Part shown: piece by piece, positions 58,789-64,000 of the stretch
How positions within the stretch are numbered: position 1 is the first letter of the stretch
Layout: the number at the start of each line of letters is the position of its first letter
IMG/VR virus record: IMGVR_UViG_3300010413_000013
Location: 1-64,000 of that record
Origin: a virus
Strand: one strand, 5' to 3'
Length of the DNA stretch: 64,000 nt
Notes under the pieces: model-generated
The model's input: only the letters and a program-made list of their open reading frames with translations
What the model was told of the DNA's origin: nothing
Databases searched by the model: none
Translations under genes and position numbers: made by a program

Positions 58789-59276
58789 TATTCTATCTTT
58801 TGCCTACGTTTTTTACTCTCAGCACCGCTTGCAATTTTTTCTTCTTGTTCTTCCTCTTCTTTTTCTTCTTCATCCTTGCCCCCTACTTCTACTGTTGGTT
58901 TTTCTGGTGCTCCCATATTTATAAGTTCATCAGCTTCTTTACTACTAAGAAGCCGATTATTTAATTTTTCTCCTGTATCCTCATTAACTACATCAAATCT
59001 ATTAGAACCCCTACTTATCTTCCTTAATGCAGCAGCATCTTTTGTTTCTTCTACTTCTACTTCTTGTCTTACTATCTCATGGTCAACCAACACACCACCA
59101 GAAATTACTTCTAATTTAAACTCCCAACCCTGTACATTCCTACTATCTGGAAAATCATTGAATGTTTCACCGGGGTAGATCTTTGCTCTTACTGCTTTTG
59201 ATGTACCTTCACCAGCTATTATAATCTGGTGTGGTCCATATCCCTTCTTTACTCTATAAGTTCTTTTGTTAGCCAT
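58788..59276 (-). CDS. Hypothetical head-associated protein
   Basis: Directly after the capsid gene; probable start MANKRTY after AAGGAG. Confidence 0.6.
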   Translation of the reverse strand: MANKRTYRVKKGYGPHQIIIAGEGTSKAVRAKIYPGETFNDFPDSRNVQGWEFKLEVISGGVLVDHEIVRQEVEVEETKDAAALRKISRGSNRFDVVNEDTGEKLNNRLLSSKEADELINMGAPEKPTVEVGGKDEEEKEEEEQEEKIASGAESKKRRQKIE

Positions 59277-59292
59277 TTTTTTCTCCTTTTTA

Positions 59293-59320
59293 AAGTACTC
59301 CCCCAATTGGGGGAGTACTT
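59293..59320 (-). terminator. Perfect palindromic hairpin after the major capsid gene
   Basis: AAGTACTCCCCCAATTGGGGGAGTACTT. Confidence 0.7.
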
Positions 59321-59330
59321 AGTTTAAACA

Positions 59331-60365
59331 TTAGTGATATACAACAATACCACATCTAGCATTCTGATCTGCTCTCGGCTGCGGAAGCATAATAGTCATT
59401 ACCATAAAATGCTGGCTCAAACCACCTCTGCTCTCCCACTGAAGAGTAGTCATAGGAAGACCAACTACCATTCTCATAACATCCTGCGTCAACTGCAACA
59501 TAACAACATAATCGGCAGTAAGTTTATCTGCTACCGTAATAAACTGAATACCATCTACTTCCATAAGTCTCTGCCGAATAGTCTTATCAGAAGCAGCTTT
59601 AAAATCAGCATCAATAGCAGTTTCATAGTTAGTAGGAATGAAGATACCATACGGTCCATAATGGTAGGCATCTATCAAAGCCTGTTTCATAGCCAGTACA
59701 TCAGCAAGCATTGTTTCACCAGTAGCAGCAGAATCATCCCAATCAGCAGTAAGAGATCCAGTATTGGCATTCGTAAAATCCTTAATACCATAAAGTACTC
59801 CACCACCAAAAGTAAAGTTAGAAGAACCATTACAAGTAAGTTCTTCCACCATCTCTGCTACTTTTCTTCCTGCCATTTCAGCACTGGTAGTATCCAACGG
59901 TTCACCCAATGTTCTAGACGCTTCCAACTGCCGAATATTTACTCTAAACTCCTTGTAAATAATCGGGAGAGGCATATACTTCGTGCTCCAGACCGGACGA
60001 TCTTCTACCGCAGTGGGCAGTGGGTCCATTCCAAGAGAAGCATCATTAAATTCATTGAGATCTTCATACTGCAATACGGTCTTTCCTAGGCCATTGGGAA
60101 TACTGTACACCAGACCTTTAGAAATAAAAGTATTTGCACACACTAGCCTATTCCTAGCAGCTTTCAAAACGGCATCGTCAAACTGCTTCCATTCATCTCT
60201 ACGAAGAGTAGCATTTGCTACAGGAACAACTACTCCATTCTGATTCATCATGTAGCATCTACCATCATTTTCTCTCCATGTACGCAATGCACCAATATTG
60301 AAATTAGTAGCCATAAGCCGTTCTGCTACTGATCCTGTGGCTTGTCCATTAAGAATATAATCCAT
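59331..60365 (-). CDS. Major capsid protein (HK97 fold, encapsulin/Linocin-like clade)
   Basis: ATLRRDEW..FD.AV, PLPIIYKEF....RQLEASR..G.PLDT...E.A.RKVAE..E, YG; follows the protease and decoration genes. Confidence 0.88.
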   Translation of the reverse strand: MDYILNGQATGSVAERLMATNFNIGALRTWRENDGRCYMMNQNGVVVPVANATLRRDEWKQFDDAVLKAARNRLVCANTFISKGLVYSIPNGLGKTVLQYEDLNEFNDASLGMDPLPTAVEDRPVWSTKYMPLPIIYKEFRVNIRQLEASRTLGEPLDTTSAEMAGRKVAEMVEELTCNGSSNFTFGGGVLYGIKDFTNANTGSLTADWDDSAATGETMLADVLAMKQALIDAYHYGPYGIFIPTNYETAIDADFKAASDKTIRQRLMEVDGIQFITVADKLTADYVVMLQLTQDVMRMVVGLPMTTLQWESRGGLSQHFMVMTIMLPQPRADQNARCGIVVYH

Positions 60366-60397
60366 TATCCAAATTGCCTCCTTTAATTTTTATTTAA

Positions 60398-60862
60398 TTA
60401 TTTAAACATGCACAGACAAAACCCATAGGGATGTGCAGCAGCACCAGCAGAAGAAGAAGAAAGATCAATTGCTTCTAGAGCAATAGCAACAACGTCTTCT
60501 TCCATAACAACAGCAGAAGAATCACCGTGTGCTTCTCTCACTTCTCCATTACCAGCAGATACCAACTTATCTCCAATGGCAATATTTTCTCCGATCTTAA
60601 CCTTCAAGTAGCATTTCGCACCGGGAGCAGGAATTACTGCTCTTGCCCTATCAGTAGTAGCATAAGCATCAGTCACTCCTTCACCTTCCAGATCATTCTC
60701 AATTGCTACCATAACAGGAATACATGATCCACCATCAGTAGAATGTTTCTGGAGTGTATTTGAAGAAGTAAGTTCAAGCAAATGCCCCGGATAGAAAGCT
60801 GCTGCCGGAACTCTTTCAATATACTCTACGTTTCCACCAGCAATAATAGTAGTAACTGTCAT
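60398..60862 (-). CDS. Capsid decoration/cement protein
   Basis: PGHLLE...ENIAIGDKLVSAGNG...VAIALEA; immediately upstream of the capsid gene. Confidence 0.7.
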   Translation of the reverse strand: MTVTTIIAGGNVEYIERVPAAAFYPGHLLELTSSNTLQKHSTDGGSCIPVMVAIENDLEGEGVTDAYATTDRARAVIPAPGAKCYLKVKIGENIAIGDKLVSAGNGEVREAHGDSSAVVMEEDVVAIALEAIDLSSSSAGAAAHPYGFCLCMFK

Positions 60863-60892
60863 AATATAATTATGCCTCCTTTAAATCTTAAA

Positions 60893-62470
60893 TTATTCTT
60901 TGTTCATATCTGCAAGAGTAGGTACAGCCATTGGTTCTACTCCTTCAGTATTAAAGACACCACCAGACCTACCACTATAGTCTGCTTCTCCACCTTCCGG
61001 TACAGGAGCTTCTACCAAAGCAGCAATTGCTTCCAGTTCTTCAATGTCTTTTGCTTTAAGCTGATCCTCTGTAAATTTGTTCTTCTCACTTCCGGTAATA
61101 AGAGTAATCAGCTTTGTCTTCTTTGCATCATACTCTTTCAAACCAATCCTAACAGTTTTCTGAACATCTTCTGGAAGATCTTCCATTGTCACTTTTTTCT
61201 CTTCATTATTCACCTGTTTCCCTCCTTCTTCTCCACCTTCTGCCGGGGGAGTTTCCGGTACATCTGGTTGTTTATAAGCGGTTTCCTCAATCTTGGCAAA
61301 TGCTTCTTCATTCAAGCCAAGAAGCCATTCCTTGTCAGTTTCCCCATAGGGAGTATCCTCGTTTGCGATTAATGCATTCACTCTGTCTTCACAACACATA
61401 TTATTAATTGCCTCCTTCTTCATTTTGTTTTTTACTTCTACATATTCTTTTTTAACTTTCACCTCAATAGGTGCTTCGTTAAATTCTACTTCACCGTTTT
61501 GAGTAGTAGAGTATTTTACTTTATATAGTTTACTCTCTTCACCTTCCTTATATCTCTCATAAACTATATAATCCTTATATGCATCTACAAGCCAAAAGCT
61601 CGTTCCTAGTGGTGCTTGTGACCTTACTGCATTAGCTAACTTCTCCAACTTCTCGAACATTCCATCTTCGGTCTTTGCATAGTCTAGCAAACCACTTAAA
61701 AAATGTTTTATCATTCCTTTTATTATATTATCATCTTCTTTTGCTGCTTGATTCCTTAGTAGTCCACACCCATCTGAAGTAGAACATGCTCCTTTATCAT
61801 TTGGCAGCAAAGCTAGATGGTCCCCTCTAATTTCTGTAACAGTTCCTTCATAATCTTCTCCATTCCATGTACCACCTTCCATATCTACAACTGCTACTAC
61901 TCCTGTACTTATTTCGCCTTTGTTTTTATAGCTTAGTACATCATTGATAAAGTTTGGTGCTTGTTCTTCTATCTTAGCAGTATTTATATATAGATCTGCT
62001 TTAATCTTATTATCAGCATATCTACTATTAAATACATTTCCTACCGTACATCTTTCATAAACTTCTGGAGTATCACAAGGTACATACTGTCCATCATCGT
62101 CTTTAGGATGCCCTACTGTTATTGGTGCTTTGTTCCAAACATTGGCATATTTCTCCAGTACATCACTAGAGTAGTAAAGCGGTCCTGCTCCTACTCCACT
62201 ATGCACACCCTCTACTAGTAGTACAGCAGGAATTACTGTAGTAGGAGCATTATTAAATGTTATGTTCTTAGTTTCATTTACCAACAAAGTCACTTTGACT
62301 TGCAAATTATTATTCATTTGGTTGTTTGTCCTTTTCTTTTTAAATTGACTGTAACAAATAGCTGCTCTCTGTTTAGAATCTGAATATTCTTTTTTCATTA
62401 CTTCACTTCCCATACATCTAGAAACGAAGTCTGATTGTTTCTCTCCCTTGCTTGGAGTAGGTATTGGCAT
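60893..62470 (-). CDS. Prohead protease (DUF2213-like) fused to scaffold
   Basis: WN.APIT.GHP, EISTG, DHLALLP..KGACS..DGCG; acidic C-terminal scaffold region. Confidence 0.85.
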   Translation of the reverse strand: MPIPTPSKGEKQSDFVSRCMGSEVMKKEYSDSKQRAAICYSQFKKKRTNNQMNNNLQVKVTLLVNETKNITFNNAPTTVIPAVLLVEGVHSGVGAGPLYYSSDVLEKYANVWNKAPITVGHPKDDDGQYVPCDTPEVYERCTVGNVFNSRYADNKIKADLYINTAKIEEQAPNFINDVLSYKNKGEISTGVVAVVDMEGGTWNGEDYEGTVTEIRGDHLALLPNDKGACSTSDGCGLLRNQAAKEDDNIIKGMIKHFLSGLLDYAKTEDGMFEKLEKLANAVRSQAPLGTSFWLVDAYKDYIVYERYKEGEESKLYKVKYSTTQNGEVEFNEAPIEVKVKKEYVEVKNKMKKEAINNMCCEDRVNALIANEDTPYGETDKEWLLGLNEEAFAKIEETAYKQPDVPETPPAEGGEEGGKQVNNEEKKVTMEDLPEDVQKTVRIGLKEYDAKKTKLITLITGSEKNKFTEDQLKAKDIEELEAIAALVEAPVPEGGEADYSGRSGGVFNTEGVEPMAVPTLADMNKE

Positions 62471-62472
62471 TA

Positions 62473-62643
62473 TTAGTCTGTCTCCATCTCTATCATTTTT
62501 GTATTCTCTTTTAAATCTAATAATTCTTGTGCTACCTTATCACCTTTCTTTGCTTTTTTCTTCAACCTAGCAGAATTAAACCAATCGTCGTTCAAAGACT
62601 CTTCTACTAAGTCTACTACAAATGGTGCTACCTTCTTTCCCAT
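62473..62643 (-). CDS. Small protein downstream of MuF-ART (immunity candidate)
   Basis: About 56 aa from MGKKVAP..., translationally coupled to the upstream gene. Confidence 0.5.
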   Translation of the reverse strand: MGKKVAPFVVDLVEESLNDDWFNSARLKKKAKKGDKVAQELLDLKENTKMIEMETD

Positions 62644-62644
62644 T

Positions 62645-64000
62645 TTACATCCCCTTCCAAAATAAGTCATTTATAGGTACTTGTTTATTTCCACCTAATA
62701 CTATAAACTCTCTTTCAGACATAAACTTATTCTTCCACCAAAGCTCATGTGGTAGTACTACATCTTTGGTACTCATTTCTATCCTAGCTGTAACCCCACC
62801 AGCGTTTTTTCCAAACCCATCTGCTATTGACACTTCATCTGTATATCCAGACAAAGCATTTTCTCTAATTGGAACCAAACCATAGCCTTCTTTTTGTGCT
62901 TCTAAACACCTTGCTTTAAAGGCTGGTCCTGTTTTACTTCCGTCAGTTCCACGATATAGAGTAATTTTCTTTTGTCCTACTGCTCTATAATATTCTTGGG
63001 TAGCTGCTCTCACTCTTATATACTCGTCTATTACTCTGTCTTCCATACCACTTGCCAAATATTTCTTTACTTCTTTCTCTATAGACTCACTGGATACAAA
63101 AGCTTTTATTTCTCTGTTCTCTACTTTTGCTGCTACAAACTTTAAAGAAGCAGGATACGAACCTTGTGTAGACCCTTGCCAAATAGAAAGGAGGTTCATC
63201 ACATTGGGGCATTCTTCGCTTATCTTCTTTCTGATAACACTCTGCATTGATCCTTCTGTCTTATCTTCTAATCCTTCAATAAACTTTCTGTACTCCTTCC
63301 TGTAAAGCTTGTATACATTCTCGTATTCCCCTCTCAGTGTTCCTACTTCTTCCGCTTCATACTTTTTACCTATCGGATACCTTTTAATCTTTACTGGTTC
63401 TTTCTTCTTTTTAGCATAGTCTAATTTTGCTTTAGCTTTTTCTATAGCCTTTTTCTTTATAGCTATCTGCTTCTCCAGTGCTGCTAATGCTTGTTGTTTA
63501 GCAAGCAGTTCTTGTTTAACCTTTACTGCTTTTATGGCTTTTACTCCTAATGCTTTTTCCCTCTTAGCAGCAGCTTTAGTATTGCTGCCATGAATACTTT
63601 TCATATAAGGTAGTAAAGCACATCTGCAATTTGGTTCACCTATTAACTCTTCTGCTTCTTGCCTAGTATATATTCTACCATGCCTTTCTATATGTGTATC
63701 TCTAACCCTTTCATCTAGTGCTGTCCACCACTGTACTAATATTTCTTCATTTACTATAGGTTCAAAATTCTCGTATTCGGTTAATGCTCCTAAATTATGT
63801 GTTCTTACTATTTCAGTTCGAGTAATCAATCTTGCTCTATTGATTGCTCTCATATTCTTTCCACCTACTGTTACCATACCAGTTTTATCTTTGTCAATAG
63901 TATCCAACATATTCCTAGCAATTTGATATGGTCCCTTACCTTCTGCTAGTCCTAATGATAGTACTCTACTTATCTGCCGATCCATTACTTCTGTAATGCC
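62645..64000 (-). CDS. Mu gpF-like head morphogenesis protein with C-terminal ADP-ribosyltransferase-like domain (5' truncated)
   Basis: RARLITRTE, WWTALDERVR..H...HG, EPNCRC (MuF); C-terminal TLYRG, ALSGYT, SEREFIVLG (R-S-E). Confidence 0.85.
   Translation of the reverse strand, partial: GITEVMDRQISRVLSLGLAEGKGPYQIARNMLDTIDKDKTGMVTVGGKNMRAINRARLITRTEIVRTHNLGALTEYENFEPIVNEEILVQWWTALDERVRDTHIERHGRIYTRQEAEELIGEPNCRCALLPYMKSIHGSNTKAAAKREKALGVKAIKAVKVKQELLAKQQALAALEKQIAIKKKAIEKAKAKLDYAKKKKEPVKIKRYPIGKKYEAEEVGTLRGEYENVYKLYRKEYRKFIEGLEDKTEGSMQSVIRKKISEECPNVMNLLSIWQGSTQGSYPASLKFVAAKVENREIKAFVSSESIEKEVKKYLASGMEDRVIDEYIRVRAATQEYYRAVGQKKITLYRGTDGSKTGPAFKARCLEAQKEGYGLVPIRENALSGYTDEVSIADGFGKNAGGVTARIEMSTKDVVLPHELWWKNKFMSEREFIVLGGNKQVPINDLFWKGM

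Noticed and set aside
59331-60365. Cellular encapsulin/bacteriocin
   Set aside because: Sits within a complete head module (MuF, protease/scaffold, decoration, neck), so it is the capsid protein.
59334-61372. Long plus-strand ORFs (251 aa, 196 aa) antisense to capsid genes, likewise 50130-52409
   Set aside because: No motifs or RBS; explained by codon bias on the coding strand.
1-64000. Stop-codon reassignment suggested by abundant TAG trinucleotides
   Set aside because: Core genes are full length under the standard code and end in TAA, TAG and TGA; TAG arises out of frame from GTA/ATA/TTA codons followed by G.

Overview
The window is a large, probably near-complete part of the genome of an AT-rich, long-tailed (siphovirus-type) dsDNA bacteriophage. 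No integrase or repressor is visible. It has three blocks. (i) A leftward late/accessory arm (1-16.3 kb) with terS, terL and a DUF1073-type portal separated by many small ORFs. It includes a sulfotransferase, an alpha/beta hydrolase and a KdsB-like protein. Directly behind the portal is a cluster of signal-peptide-bearing proteins (FN3, tail-fibre-like lipoprotein, LamG-like, pectate-lyase-like beta-helix) plus a papain-like enzyme. (ii) A rightward early/replication arm (16.4-42.8 kb): DnaB-like helicase, HD nucleotidase, SF2 helicase, primase, a structured 5' leader, genes boxed in long inverted repeats, a Ycf46/DUF1257/DUF2997-like module, UDG-fused family A polymerase, UvsY/SSB/UvsX-like genes, 5'-3' exonuclease, a tRNA-like RNA with two T-arms, and a split Rad50 with Mre11. 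(iii) A leftward morphogenesis/lysis arm (42.9-64 kb): MuF with a C-terminal ADP-ribosyltransferase-like domain, protease/scaffold, capsid, neck, tail and lysis genes. A five-gene glycosyltransferase/acyltransferase/sulfotransferase cassette is inserted between the capsid and neck genes. The two most promising candidates for an undescribed system are the exported fibre/adhesin module behind the portal and a putative virion glycosylation-acylation-sulfation pathway. All family assignments come from motif recognition by eye; no searches were run.
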